A DNA stretch of 64,000 nucleotides from a virus (Duplodnaviria; Heunggongvirae; Uroviricota; Caudoviricetes): the IMG/VR virus record IMGVR_UViG_3300035502_000924, positions 13,160-77,159 of that record. The stretch is one strand, 5' to 3'. Each line of letters begins with the position of its first letter. Positions within the stretch are counted from its first letter, which is position 1. The notes under the pieces are model-generated. The model had not been told where the DNA came from, searched no databases, and saw only the letters and a list, made by a program, of their open reading frames with translations. This document shows, in pieces, positions 41,501 to 50,567 of this stretch. A program made the translations under genes and the position numbers.

Positions 41501-42231
41501 AAGTAGATACTGATGTAAATGGATTCCAAAAATATATTGATTTAGACCCCGAACGTGATAAAATTACTGAAATAGCTAGTATACATAACGAAGAAAAATT
41601 AAAAATGGAATTAAACAAATATAATAAAAATAGCATAAAAAGAATGAATGTAGAGGGTACTAAACTTATATATTTTGAAAATAATGAATTTGTTGATATA
41701 AAAGACAAAGAAACAATTACAGTATATCAAAATGGTGTTTCAGTTACTTATAATGCTTTTGATTTTCTTGAATTAAATGATGAATATGCTTATGGTATAA
41801 TATTAAATAACAATCTTATTACTTATGAAACTTCTGATATTTTTACTATTTTATATGTACCTGTTGGTCAATATGATAGTTTAAACGATAAAGAAATAAA
41901 AGAAGATTTTAATCAAGCTACAATATTTATGAGATTAGAAGATGCAAGGATAACAGACCCATTTAAATTAGCTTCAAATAATATGGGTTATACCACAGAA
42001 GAAAAAATAGAAAAACTATGTTATGGTAAGTTAATTGGTGCAAAGAAAAACTTTAGAACTGCAAATAATATTGGTTATACAATGTTAGGTACATTAAGAA
42101 CAAAATTAAATTCAATTATGACTATTGATATGTCAAGTAGAAATAACAAACCTTTAACGGAAGAAGAATTAAAATGGATAGATATAATGAACGAATATCA
42201 AGAATTAAAAGTTAATATAATAAACGAATAA
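38551..42231 (+). CDS. large baseplate or tail-fibre-associated structural protein (1226 aa)
   Basis: TTG start 7 nt after RBS aagaggtga. It follows the baseplate J gene, as gpI/XkdU-like proteins do. No catalytic motifs recognised. Confidence 0.45.
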   Translation: MNNGIRLNSFDYGINNTLRNNITSSTEPVTAYKALFEAQFDIIFGNSVSLVDGSFSGTLKGIPFKNIIDRLNFVYCVFKQEGSQTGIMSVSNGMKFCYDLSIFDSEHVNSNRTIPFYMENRKTKEVDEILNELQEQNSYFDTIMSEYISSYSQRNTFADVKRVLFMEVDFYILVINQNGSEYTDCKLYNLFEYLKECAKNTYSESTEEEFKQYELDIRNTDNTLELFNSDNYYYKLNYPNQEIFDGDILSSIVSKMENLYSTYSTNSITSIKYWLPFVSPDRFSTYVNDVYSKIEADGRKFSHYPNVVEYYYCILISRITGYLLTGNTLLSADLRLGGPNVMDIESTWARYILFHYKYDNSELTGGIRQYFAFYTFYNDNYYSAKDTSNIYIDNKFHYEDIKYLTEGNLLYDLKNDAEKNIVFTNECNYFKVYSEYESLEEGVSTQKNSNAYDEIQNMLYLLKVDTWSFKNKLFSADEDTSGLVVFKSNIKDSPSNFIKKPDYYLYSRLGNYSIDFNYLKDDEDVGDGGYSQISFYDSEESQTDKLFILWNCTTSRRLLYSHYTRSYYKFVIPNDSLGYLTYSAATEEETKLTGNLYIYFDDDLGIVYIKEHNDLSATTLKFLTNKYTSINSYFQTTIKHLLNMLPLSYNTEIIDTNFYKILRTAAIQLAETKYGLQKVKRGMWLNALDDDGIEQCDDDLLYNNFGSMIDLPKKAKWSYDQYRAMISAVYEVLIKGPNKESMQNAIKKFTGYENYLYELYKNDEYIFSNLTVDKQFRFAVQILKDLDTYDDSAEMMENVKFLLDMIKPAHTLYLIYVGLSSSETIDVTNNFTDTDFFENEMLLREATFGADVDSAFQLFPSENTLSRLLLNEDYWKNVNGWDSTYNGTTQYMWLQYVQEKLNEKNAPYRRLAVNQSKVEAIFAQDMYADLKEIYTDIRNNTYNTLKEDFEALITPQTSGEYYSLQYVTEDYHCENTLGYETHLKVDTDVNGFQKYIDLDPERDKITEIASIHNEEKLKMELNKYNKNSIKRMNVEGTKLIYFENNEFVDIKDKETITVYQNGVSVTYNAFDFLELNDEYAYGIILNNNLITYETSDIFTILYVPVGQYDSLNDKEIKEDFNQATIFMRLEDARITDPFKLASNNMGYTTEEKIEKLCYGKLIGAKKNFRTANNIGYTMLGTLRTKLNSIMTIDMSSRNNKPLTEEELKWIDIMNEYQELKVNIINE

Positions 42232-42389
42232 TTAAATGATTCTTTTTTTAGAATAAATGATTTAATGGTGGGTTTTATAGGAAAACTATCTAATAAAACT
42301 CACCATTTTATTTATATTTAAATTAAGGTATTAAGTACAAATTTCTAATATATATAAAATTAATAAAATAAAGAAGGGGGGAAATAAAT

Positions 42390-44354
42390 ATGGCTTACGA
42401 CCCAAGTTTTACAAGACCTGCTATTGGTAAGTATAGTGATGATAACGCATTTGTTTCTATTGTTGGCGGCTCTGATGCTTATTTATTAGAAGATGAAGTC
42501 AATGAAATGCAGTGGATTCAATTCAACAAAAAAAGAGAAATGATGAAACAAATGAATACCAATGGTATGATAGTTGATAAAATTAAGCAAAGAAATAGTA
42601 GTACGCCCTCATATACAATATATAAAAATAGTGAATATGCTACAAATTCTAATACATTCTTTGTTAAGAATTTTGATTATATTATAGATGGTTTGACAGC
42701 TAATATTTATGGTGCTGCATTAGCAAATAGTAATATTGATACTATTACAAGGGAAGGATATAATGAAATTGTTCTGCCTGAACCTGAAACAACATCAGAA
42801 TATTATTATGACTTTGTTTATTTAGAAGTTTATTTAAAAATAATTGATTTTACTAATGAAGCAACATCAGTTAATATTCCTACATATGGTGGTGTTAATA
42901 ATAAAACCATTTCTTTTGATATGATAGACCCAAGAATATCATTAAGAACTTCAAAAAGAGTTCAATTACAGTGGAAAATTAGTTCTACAAGATTAACAAC
43001 AGAACCTACTGTAAATAACATTGGTTCTATTATGACAAGTATCACTTCTAGCATTTCAAAAAGTAATATTAAATATGATTCAGAAGAAGAATATTATTAT
43101 TCTGAATCAACAGATGCTTCTCATTTAATAGGTGAAAGTAATGAAAAGGCAAGGATATATGCAATGCCTATGTTCTCTGTTTTAAGAACAAATTCAGCAC
43201 TTATTGAGAAAGTTAATATAACAGATTTCAGAGATACTTCAAGAAGTAAAAATTGTATGAGTATTACTGATGAAGAACTTAATAATTATATTAATAGAAT
43301 TGAAAAACTTGAAGAAATATTAAATTATGTAGTTATTTCTACAAATAATGACCAAAAAGCTTATGGATTATCAATGAATAGACAAACAAGTAGTTTTGTT
43401 GGTTCTGATTCTGTTGAAGATGGTAAAACAATAGATATGTATACTGGTAGAGAAGTAAAGGTTACTAATTATGCAGAAGATGATAAAGATAATTATGTAT
43501 TTGCTATTGTTAATTTAGGTAATCATTATTGTGGTCAGGTGGGTGAAGTTTGGTGCTATCAAAAAATAGATACAACACCATCTGTATCAAATACTTATGG
43601 TACGTATTGTGTTTGCAATTCAGGTAATAGCAGTATTTTGTTTAATGCTTTTGATTTTAATAAAAACAACCAAGAAATCACCTGTGGTATTGCGACTTCA
43701 AATGGATTAAATGGTGTTGAAATTACCATACCAAGAACATTCTTAGAAACAAATAATATTGTATCTAGTAATGCTTTGGATAAATGTATTATATATGCAA
43801 TTCCTCTTTATGAAGAAGATAAAAAACCAACAGAAGAAATTCCAAGTGTAGGTGATATCTTCTACGATTATAATGATGCTGAAAAAATTACAACTACAAG
43901 TGATACCGTTCATTTCTATTTGTTTAACTCAGGTGCAACAGGAATTCCGTTGCAATGGTTTGTATTATATACAGGTAATTCAACAAACTTATCTATGGGT
44001 AATATTATATTTGATGGTACTTCAAAAGTTGATGATGCTTTTGGTTATCATTATTGTAAAAAAGTTACAACCAATGGTTTTGGTTCAATAAATGTTTTAT
44101 TAGGAACTCCAAGAAAAAAAGATTATATGAAATATTATAATCCTAATGATGTTGATGATGGTTATTCAATTGAAAGAGTTGAACAAATGCCCAAATTGGG
44201 TGAAATATATATAGAACAAAATGATGATGTATTTATGATAAATACAAGTGGTAGAGGTATTAATGGTGATGCCGATACACAAATAAGATATTTAATATTT
44301 AAAAATGCTTATCTTTTAGCATCAGATTCTGTTGATACAGTTACAGTAATTTAA
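42390..44354 (+). CDS. putative tail fibre or receptor-binding protein (654 aa)
   Basis: Strong RBS aaggggggaa. Sits at the distal end of the baseplate module. Ser/Thr/Asn-rich. Function inferred from position only. Confidence 0.35.
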   Translation: MAYDPSFTRPAIGKYSDDNAFVSIVGGSDAYLLEDEVNEMQWIQFNKKREMMKQMNTNGMIVDKIKQRNSSTPSYTIYKNSEYATNSNTFFVKNFDYIIDGLTANIYGAALANSNIDTITREGYNEIVLPEPETTSEYYYDFVYLEVYLKIIDFTNEATSVNIPTYGGVNNKTISFDMIDPRISLRTSKRVQLQWKISSTRLTTEPTVNNIGSIMTSITSSISKSNIKYDSEEEYYYSESTDASHLIGESNEKARIYAMPMFSVLRTNSALIEKVNITDFRDTSRSKNCMSITDEELNNYINRIEKLEEILNYVVISTNNDQKAYGLSMNRQTSSFVGSDSVEDGKTIDMYTGREVKVTNYAEDDKDNYVFAIVNLGNHYCGQVGEVWCYQKIDTTPSVSNTYGTYCVCNSGNSSILFNAFDFNKNNQEITCGIATSNGLNGVEITIPRTFLETNNIVSSNALDKCIIYAIPLYEEDKKPTEEIPSVGDIFYDYNDAEKITTTSDTVHFYLFNSGATGIPLQWFVLYTGNSTNLSMGNIIFDGTSKVDDAFGYHYCKKVTTNGFGSINVLLGTPRKKDYMKYYNPNDVDDGYSIERVEQMPKLGEIYIEQNDDVFMINTSGRGINGDADTQIRYLIFKNAYLLASDSVDTVTVI

Positions 44355-44375
44355 AAGTAAAGGGGTTAAAATATA

Positions 44376-45236
44376 ATGGATAATAAAGATACATTTAAGA
44401 CACCTACTGGTCAAATAAATATGACTTTATTTAAAGGTGATTACGATATTAAGACAGGTAAAATAACTGGTGAAATTTTACAAGAAAGTGAAGACCATAA
44501 TATTATTGTAAATATGGCTTCTGTACTTATGGCAAGTAGAATGTGCCCTAAAGGTTTAACAGAAACTTCTGATACTGTCGTTGCTATTCCTTGGGTTCAG
44601 ACAGATGGTTATACAATAACAAACGCTAACGGTGAACAACAATATGTTTCTAATACTAATTCAGGTTCATCAGATGGTATTGGTGTTGTTTCTGCTTCAA
44701 CAATTGGTACTGCTTCTGCTACATCTAATTATTCAGCAACACAAGCATCATACCCTTTTGGTTATGGTTTTCAATGCCTAGCTATTGGTAATGGTGATTA
44801 TGGTATTAATACAGGTTGGTCTGATACAGAAAAGGCTACTTATTTGTTTAATCCTGAAACCAATAATCAACCTGCTGACCAAAAATTAAAAACAGGTCTT
44901 ATTCATGAAATATTTAGAAAACAGATTACAAGTTGGTCTTTCTTAGATACAGAAGGTAATGTTTCTAATACAGAAACAAATATTTTAAAATTAACTACAT
45001 TATTTACAGCTGATGAAGCACCTGGTCAATATATTGTTGAAATGGGTTTGTTTGGTGGCGATGCTAATGTAGTTGATTATAATTCTATTACTAATGCTGT
45101 TCATATTGATGAGTATTGTAAAGAAGGTAATGCAAACGGCAATAGAAAAGGTCATATGTTCAATTATAAGATTTTTAAATCTTGGAATAAAATTGAAGGT
45201 AGTTCATTATTAGTAAATTGGATTATAACATTCTAA
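44376..45236 (+). CDS. hypothetical structural protein (286 aa), possibly a fibre tip or assembly factor
   Basis: RBS aaagggg. It is the last gene of the + strand structural operon before the terminator at 45247. Confidence 0.3.
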   Translation: MDNKDTFKTPTGQINMTLFKGDYDIKTGKITGEILQESEDHNIIVNMASVLMASRMCPKGLTETSDTVVAIPWVQTDGYTITNANGEQQYVSNTNSGSSDGIGVVSASTIGTASATSNYSATQASYPFGYGFQCLAIGNGDYGINTGWSDTEKATYLFNPETNNQPADQKLKTGLIHEIFRKQITSWSFLDTEGNVSNTETNILKLTTLFTADEAPGQYIVEMGLFGGDANVVDYNSITNAVHIDEYCKEGNANGNRKGHMFNYKIFKSWNKIEGSSLLVNWIITF

Positions 45237-45246
45237 AATAATAATT

Positions 45247-45278
45247 AAAGAGGTAGAAAAAATCTACCTCTTTTTTTA
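45247..45278 (+). terminator. rho-independent terminator
   Basis: aaagaggtag-aaaaaat-ctacctcttt followed by T7. Confidence 0.75.
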
Positions 45279-45287
45279 AAAAAAGTG

Positions 45288-45316
45288 TTGACAAAACATA
45301 AAAAAAGTAGTATAAT
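45288..45316 (+). promoter_or_regulatory. consensus sigma-70/SigA-type promoter (TTGACA-17-TATAAT), cassette copy 2
   Basis: ttgacaaaacataaaaaaagtagtataat. It differs from the copy at 1362 at only 3 positions. Confidence 0.7.
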
Positions 45317-45348
45317 GTAAATACATTAAGAGATAGGAGGAATAAAGA

Positions 45349-45690
45349 ATGACAACTTCAATAAAAGATAAAGATATTATAGAATCCGAGATATATTCAA
45401 TTTTGTATGGTTATGGTGCAACTGATGATTTTATTGAAAAAGTAATTGCAAGTGGTAAATGTTACTTGTGTGATAGTGTGGAAGATTTTTGTTTTGATGT
45501 TCTTAAAGAATTTCAGCCTGAATTGTATGATGCACTTTATAAAACAGATAAAACATTAGGTGTTGCACCAATAGATTATTTTGATATAGATAAATATTTT
45601 CTTTTAATAAAAGAGAAATTTGATGAATTTTTATTCTATTCAAATCATAGTGATAGGGTTTTATTTATTGACAAGTATAGAAAGTTTTAA
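45349..45690 (+). CDS. hypothetical protein (113 aa), moron-like
   Basis: RBS ataggagga. It is framed by a consensus promoter and a bidirectional terminator. Confidence 0.5.
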   Translation: MTTSIKDKDIIESEIYSILYGYGATDDFIEKVIASGKCYLCDSVEDFCFDVLKEFQPELYDALYKTDKTLGVAPIDYFDIDKYFLLIKEKFDEFLFYSNHSDRVLFIDKYRKF

Positions 45691-45691
45691 A

Positions 45692-45722
45692 AAAGAGGTG
45701 GCATTATTTACCACCTCTTTAA
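45692..45722. terminator. bidirectional rho-independent terminator
   Basis: aaagaggtgg-cattattta-ccacctcttt with A and T runs on both sides. It separates convergent + and - strand genes. Confidence 0.7.
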
Positions 45723-45782
45723 TTATTAGAACTTAATTATTAAAAACTATTTGTTAAAAAATAATTTATTAAAAAACGATTT

Positions 45783-46061
45783 TTAAAGAAATTCTTTAGC
45801 ATCATCAATAAAATTAACAAACTTATTAAAACATTCTTTAATATTATCTAAATCATTAAGTGCGTTAATAGGAATAATAAAACCATTCTTTGAAGCACCT
45901 GAATAACCACCCTCAGTTGTTGCAATCTTAAATTGTCTTGCATTTAACTGTAATGTTCCCTTTTGCTTGTTTTCTTCTAAAGAAAATTTCCATTCTTTAT
46001 CATCACTAACTTTATAACTTGTTGAAGCTAAAGTATTAAACTTTTCATTCCAATCAGCCAT
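45783..46061 (-). CDS. hypothetical protein (92 aa)
   Basis: Strong RBS aaggag 8 nt upstream of ATG on the minus strand. It is the last gene of the minus-strand operon. Confidence 0.5.
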   Translation of the reverse strand: MADWNEKFNTLASTSYKVSDDKEWKFSLEENKQKGTLQLNARQFKIATTEGGYSGASKNGFIIPINALNDLDNIKECFNKFVNFIDDAKEFL

Positions 46062-46122
46062 TTTATTTCAACTCCTTAATTTTTATTTAATTATTTATAT
46101 TTATTTTTTTATTTTTTGTAAA

Positions 46123-48630
46123 TTACTTTTTTAATAATCTCATATCAAACTTTTTAATTTCCCAAGCTTCTTCTGTTCTATATAATTTTTCTCTTGTTCT
46201 GGCGTGTCTACGAAGCATAGGTGTATAATCTTGAAAATCAAACACAATAGCTCTTTTCTTTTCTTTACCTGTTTCAGGATTTTTATATAGTCTTAATACT
46301 CTACCCACTCTTTGAAAAGCTCTTGTGGAACTACGACCACCACCTGCTAATATCAAAATCTCTAAGTTAGGTATGTCAAGTCCTTCATCTGCTATTGTAC
46401 TACCTATTAAGATTTCTACAAAACCATCTCTTACACCTTGAATAACAGCCTTTCTTCTTACAGCATCATCCTTACCTGATAAAAATTCTACATTAGCAAT
46501 TCTAACTAATTTATCTTTACCTGTCTTATCATCAGTTACTTGAACTGCTTTTTTTACTATTTCTATCTTTTTAGATAACATTTTTAATATTGTTTCTCCG
46601 TGTTCTACTTGTTGAATTAATATTAAGATAGGTGCGTGTTTTACTTCTCTCATTTTAACTGCTATACTAACAACAATTTGATTTCTTTCTATATTATTAG
46701 CAATAGCTTCTTTATAAACTTTATTATAAGATTTACCTTGAAAAACTCTTTTGTAAGGAATAAAGTAAATAGTACAAGGCACTAAATATCCCCATTCAAT
46801 AAGTTTGCTTGCTGAAATATCATTTTCTTCTTTTCTTCTATCTAGTGCTGCTTCTAATAATAAATCAGCACCATCTTCTCTCCACGGAGTGGCTGATACA
46901 CCAATTCTATAATAAGCATTTTTAGCCCATTTAGATATTTCTACAAATGTATTAGAACCTATATGATGACATTCATCAAATAAAATCATATTAGAATCTT
47001 TAATATCTTCTTCTGTTGTTGATTGAGCAGAATAAACAGTTATATCTCTTTTCTTGTTTATGCCACCACCAACAATACCTACTTCTTCCCCTAAAAACTT
47101 TCCAATTTCATCTTTTAGCTGTGTACATAAAGTTAATTTATCAGCAAAAATTGAAACAGGTCTAACATTAAACTTATCAATTAATCCTGCCATTATAAAT
47201 GTATTATGCGTTACTATAAAATCTTTACAAATAAATGTATGTAATGGACTATCTACTGCTATACACTTCATTTCAGACTTTGTAGGTAATGGAGTTATTG
47301 AAACAATTTTTAAAGCATTATAATGATGATTTTTGCCTATTCTTCTATTCTTAAATCTTTCAGTATGTTTTTTTGATGTAAATAATTTATCATCACAGCC
47401 ACGAACATGAATATACCACGTTTTGTTTCTATATCTATCACTATTAATTGTTCTTTTATCTAATACAATTTTCGCTCTATATCCAAGACTATTTAATAAA
47501 AATTGTACATCTTCTACTAATCGTTTGCTAACGGAACAATAAGTAATATGTCCTTTACTATTTACAGTACCATCTGTATCAAATAGTCCTTGTAAAAGTG
47601 CTATTCTGTCATTAACATCAGAAAATTTATATTCTTCGGGAATAAATTTATCTTCGCTTTTAATTCTTCCAAAAACCTTATGTATATAATCTCTTAAATT
47701 ATCTTTTTTTCCACCGCAACCATATGTGTATTGAATCCTGTCTTTATGTCCATTTTTAAATTCTCCACCAAATTGTCTTGCTAAATCTTTTACTTTATTA
47801 ATTACATCTTCCTCTGTATTTGTAAAAGTAATTTGTCTTTGAGAAAAGCCACCATCGCCTAATAATGCTCCCAATAAATATGGCGGTAAAAATAAATCTT
47901 TTTTCTCAAACTGAATTGGCTTACATACGGGAATGCTTAGAACTAAATTTCTTCCTGTTTTGATTTTATGATTGTTTAATATTTCTTCAACAGTTTTTAC
48001 TTGCCATTTATTTTTTGAAAGATTGTCTCTTGTTGCAAATTTCCATAAATGATTTTTACAACATTTAATAGTTGTACCATCGTTAAATACTATTTCATAT
48101 TCTTGTTGCTCACCTTGTGGATATTCTCCGATAACAGTTGTTTTATCTCCATTTTCATCAAAAACAATACTTCCTACGTGAATATCTTTTAATGGAACAA
48201 AACCATCAGGGGTTAGAATTGGCGTATCTAAGGGAATCGACTTGCCGCCGCCCGTACTGACCCTTACTATTTCCCTGTTTGAGGCGTTATCAATTATTTT
48301 TTGTTGATAATCTCTCGCTTTTAACTCTACTTTTGAACCATCAGGTAAAGTCAAATATTCTTGTAATGCAAAATTAGCATTTTGTTCGGGTACTACTCTT
48401 GTATCTGTTATTTTATATCCAATATTATTTTCTTCTAATATTTCATATACATAATTTAATAAACCAGTATAGGTCTTTTTTGTTTTTCTATTGTACAAAT
48501 GTCTTATTTGAATATATTCACAACCAAATTCTTTTACTTCAAAACTTAATTTTTCCCATATCTTTAATTCAATATCTTTTGAAAAACCAATCAACTTTGA
48601 ATATACATTATCAATTATAATTTCTGCCAT
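46123..48630 (-). CDS. SF2 DEAH-box DNA helicase (COG1061, UvsW/XPB-like) interrupted by an intein in the Walker A P-loop
   Basis: The extein carries these motifs: I TGGGK|T (split), II DECHH, III SAT, V GSTIADEGLDIP, VI QRVGRVLR. The precursor is 835 aa and the predicted mature protein is ~489 aa. Confidence 0.8.
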   Translation of the reverse strand: MAEIIIDNVYSKLIGFSKDIELKIWEKLSFEVKEFGCEYIQIRHLYNRKTKKTYTGLLNYVYEILEENNIGYKITDTRVVPEQNANFALQEYLTLPDGSKVELKARDYQQKIIDNASNREIVRVSTGGGKSIPLDTPILTPDGFVPLKDIHVGSIVFDENGDKTTVIGEYPQGEQQEYEIVFNDGTTIKCCKNHLWKFATRDNLSKNKWQVKTVEEILNNHKIKTGRNLVLSIPVCKPIQFEKKDLFLPPYLLGALLGDGGFSQRQITFTNTEEDVINKVKDLARQFGGEFKNGHKDRIQYTYGCGGKKDNLRDYIHKVFGRIKSEDKFIPEEYKFSDVNDRIALLQGLFDTDGTVNSKGHITYCSVSKRLVEDVQFLLNSLGYRAKIVLDKRTINSDRYRNKTWYIHVRGCDDKLFTSKKHTERFKNRRIGKNHHYNALKIVSITPLPTKSEMKCIAVDSPLHTFICKDFIVTHNTFIMAGLIDKFNVRPVSIFADKLTLCTQLKDEIGKFLGEEVGIVGGGINKKRDITVYSAQSTTEEDIKDSNMILFDECHHIGSNTFVEISKWAKNAYYRIGVSATPWREDGADLLLEAALDRRKEENDISASKLIEWGYLVPCTIYFIPYKRVFQGKSYNKVYKEAIANNIERNQIVVSIAVKMREVKHAPILILIQQVEHGETILKMLSKKIEIVKKAVQVTDDKTGKDKLVRIANVEFLSGKDDAVRRKAVIQGVRDGFVEILIGSTIADEGLDIPNLEILILAGGGRSSTRAFQRVGRVLRLYKNPETGKEKKRAIVFDFQDYTPMLRRHARTREKLYRTEEAWEIKKFDMRLLKK
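47203..48240 (-). mobile_element. intein (346 aa) with a LAGLIDADG homing endonuclease domain, inserted between Lys and Thr of the helicase P-loop
   Basis: It starts with Ser (SIPLDTPILTPDGF, block A) and ends ...FIVTHN followed by the +1 Thr. There are two LAGLIDADG motifs: YLLGALLGDGGF and ALLQGLFDTDGTV. Confidence 0.8.
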
Positions 48631-48652
48631 AACTTTTTCCTTTCCTTGTAAC

Positions 48653-49063
48653 TTAACTTAAACTTAGTATTATTAATGAAATTATTAAATATGTTTGAGA
48701 TATAATAAAACGAATAAAAGAATATTTGGGATTAAATATATAATCTTCTATTCTATAACTTGTCATAAGATTTCCAAATAACATATCGTAAATTAACATA
48801 CCGCAATACAAGTAGCCTAAACAGTCGATTATTACATTAGTTATTAAATAATTTACAAATAGAATTACTAATATAAACGCAACAATAGAAGAAACATAAA
48901 TATTTGTAATTATTTCATCACTATATTCACTACTTATCATTCTATCAATATGTTTTTTTACTGATTTATCAAAACTTTCTTTATCTATTGTGCTTTTAAC
49001 ATTCATACATTTATAGATAATAAGAAAAGCAAATAACATTTTAATTAAAAACATAAACATCAT
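48653..49063 (-). CDS. small membrane protein (136 aa; about 3-4 predicted TM segments)
   Basis: Hydrophobic segments MLFAFLIIY, IVAFILVILFVNYLI and LIISLIILSL. It starts 5 nt after the MerR-like gene stop. Confidence 0.5.
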   Translation of the reverse strand: MMFMFLIKMLFAFLIIYKCMNVKSTIDKESFDKSVKKHIDRMISSEYSDEIITNIYVSSIVAFILVILFVNYLITNVIIDCLGYLYCGMLIYDMLFGNLMTSYRIEDYIFNPKYSFIRFIISQTYLIISLIILSLS

Positions 49064-49068
49064 TCTTT

Positions 49069-49440
49069 CTATATTATAATTACTTCTATTTCATCTTCAT
49101 AATGAAGAACTGTTTCAATCATATCATCATAATCATCTTCTAACCTATAAGGATAATCTTTTAATTTAACAAAACCTCTGCAATATCTAATCATAAATTC
49201 TATATCAGCCATATTAACAGTAATTCTTTGCCAGTTATAATTAAATAAATGAGTTAATAAATCTTCTAAATCTCTGCGAGTATATAACTTCCACCCGTTT
49301 TTACTTTTTCTTTCCAATCGAGGAATTACATTTCTATCTTCCCATTTTCTTATAGCCTTTGTAGTTTTATTTAATAAATTAGCTACGTCTGTTATTGTAT
49401 ATGTTTCTTGTTTTAATATTTCTAACATTTTTCTTGTCAT
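49069..49440 (-). CDS. MerR/excisionase-like HTH DNA-binding protein
   Basis: YTITDVANLLNKTTKAIRKWEDRNVIP is an N-terminal MerR-type helix-turn-helix. RBS aggtga. Confidence 0.55.
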   Translation of the reverse strand: MTRKMLEILKQETYTITDVANLLNKTTKAIRKWEDRNVIPRLERKSKNGWKLYTRRDLEDLLTHLFNYNWQRITVNMADIEFMIRYCRGFVKLKDYPYRLEDDYDDMIETVLHYEDEIEVIII

Positions 49441-49563
49441 ATTTAATCACCTAATTTATATATTGATAATTAAATGAAAAATTAAATATAAGTTAAAAAA
49501 TAATTAAGAATAGATAGGCAATATATTTATTTAAAAATATGTTCTATTTTATAAATGAGGTGA

Positions 49564-50466
49564 TTGTATATGATAAATATAACAAAATGCACAAGTACAG
49601 CTAATACAACAGTTAAAAGTAATAGAAGTATTAAGTATATTGTTATTCATTACACAGCTGGCACAAGAAGTACTGCTGGTTCTGCTAAAGCAATTGCTCA
49701 ATATTTTGGCAGAAGTTCAACAGGTGCATCAGCAGATTTTATTGTAGATGATGCTACTATTGTTCAGTTTAATCCTGACCCCAAAAATCGTTATTGCTGG
49801 TCAGTAGGTGGTAGCAAATATTCAAATCCTGCCACTTCCGTGGGTGCTACTTATTATAACAAGTGTACTAATTCTAACAGTATCAGTATTGAGATGTGTA
49901 GTAGTAAAACTAATACATCAAGTTTACTTGCCAGTGACACGGACTGGTATATTACAGATGCTACAACAAATAATGCAGTAGAATTGACAAAGTATTTGAT
50001 GAACCTTTATAATATTCCTGCAAGCAATGTTATAATGCACCACCACGTTACAGGCAAGATTTGTCCTAATCCTTGGTGTGTGAATGAGAGCAGACTTAGC
50101 AAGTGGAATGCTTTCAAAGCAAAATTAACAGGTACTACTGTTGAAAAAGAAGAAGTAAAAGAAACTAAGAAATTTATTTTTGTTAAAGCAAATATTTTAG
50201 GCAAGAGCTGTGAAATTACAGGCTTTAATGAAAATGATGAAAATTGGGTAAAAATTACTTCTATTTTAGAAGCTTTAGGCTACACAACAAAGTGGAATAA
50301 TACAAAAAAGAGAGCTATTGCTGTTAAAGACGGTAAAGAAACTTTTTTGGATATTAGAACATATATATCTGTTGATAGTATTTCTTTTGCTCCTCTTAGG
50401 GAGTTGTGTGAATTCTTGGGATTCACAGTAACTTGGAGTAAAGAAGACGGCATAATTGTAAAATAA
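49564..50466 (+). CDS. endolysin: N-acetylmuramoyl-L-alanine amidase (Amidase_2/PGRP) with a C-terminal cell-wall-binding-like domain
   Basis: YIVIHYTAG...ADFIVDD...SISIEMCSS...HHHVTGKICPNPW matches Amidase_2. A C-terminal ~90-aa domain (AVKDGKETFLDIR...LGFTVTW) is present. RBS aaatgaggtga. Confidence 0.75.
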   Translation: MYMINITKCTSTANTTVKSNRSIKYIVIHYTAGTRSTAGSAKAIAQYFGRSSTGASADFIVDDATIVQFNPDPKNRYCWSVGGSKYSNPATSVGATYYNKCTNSNSISIEMCSSKTNTSSLLASDTDWYITDATTNNAVELTKYLMNLYNIPASNVIMHHHVTGKICPNPWCVNESRLSKWNAFKAKLTGTTVEKEEVKETKKFIFVKANILGKSCEITGFNENDENWVKITSILEALGYTTKWNNTKKRAIAVKDGKETFLDIRTYISVDSISFAPLRELCEFLGFTVTWSKEDGIIVK

Positions 50467-50496
50467 AATATACTAATTACTTCGATTGAAAAAAAG

Positions 50497-50530
50497 AAAA
50501 GGACTACATTTGTTTGTAGTCCTTTTTTAT
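50497..50530 (+). terminator. rho-independent terminator
   Basis: aaaaggactaca-tttgtt-tgtagtcctttt followed by a T-run. Confidence 0.8.
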
Positions 50531-50567
50531 ATATATGTAAAGTTTTTAATTTTTGATGATTTTTAAA

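Noticed and set aside
45783-49440. Minus-strand helicase operon as an anti-phage defence system (Hachiman-, Gabija- or DISARM-like)
   Set aside because: The helicase is a compact COG1061/UvsW-type enzyme with no nuclease or DUF partner domains. The intein implies a conserved core replication gene rather than defence cargo. The partners are a MerR/Xis-like HTH protein and a small membrane protein, not known defence components.
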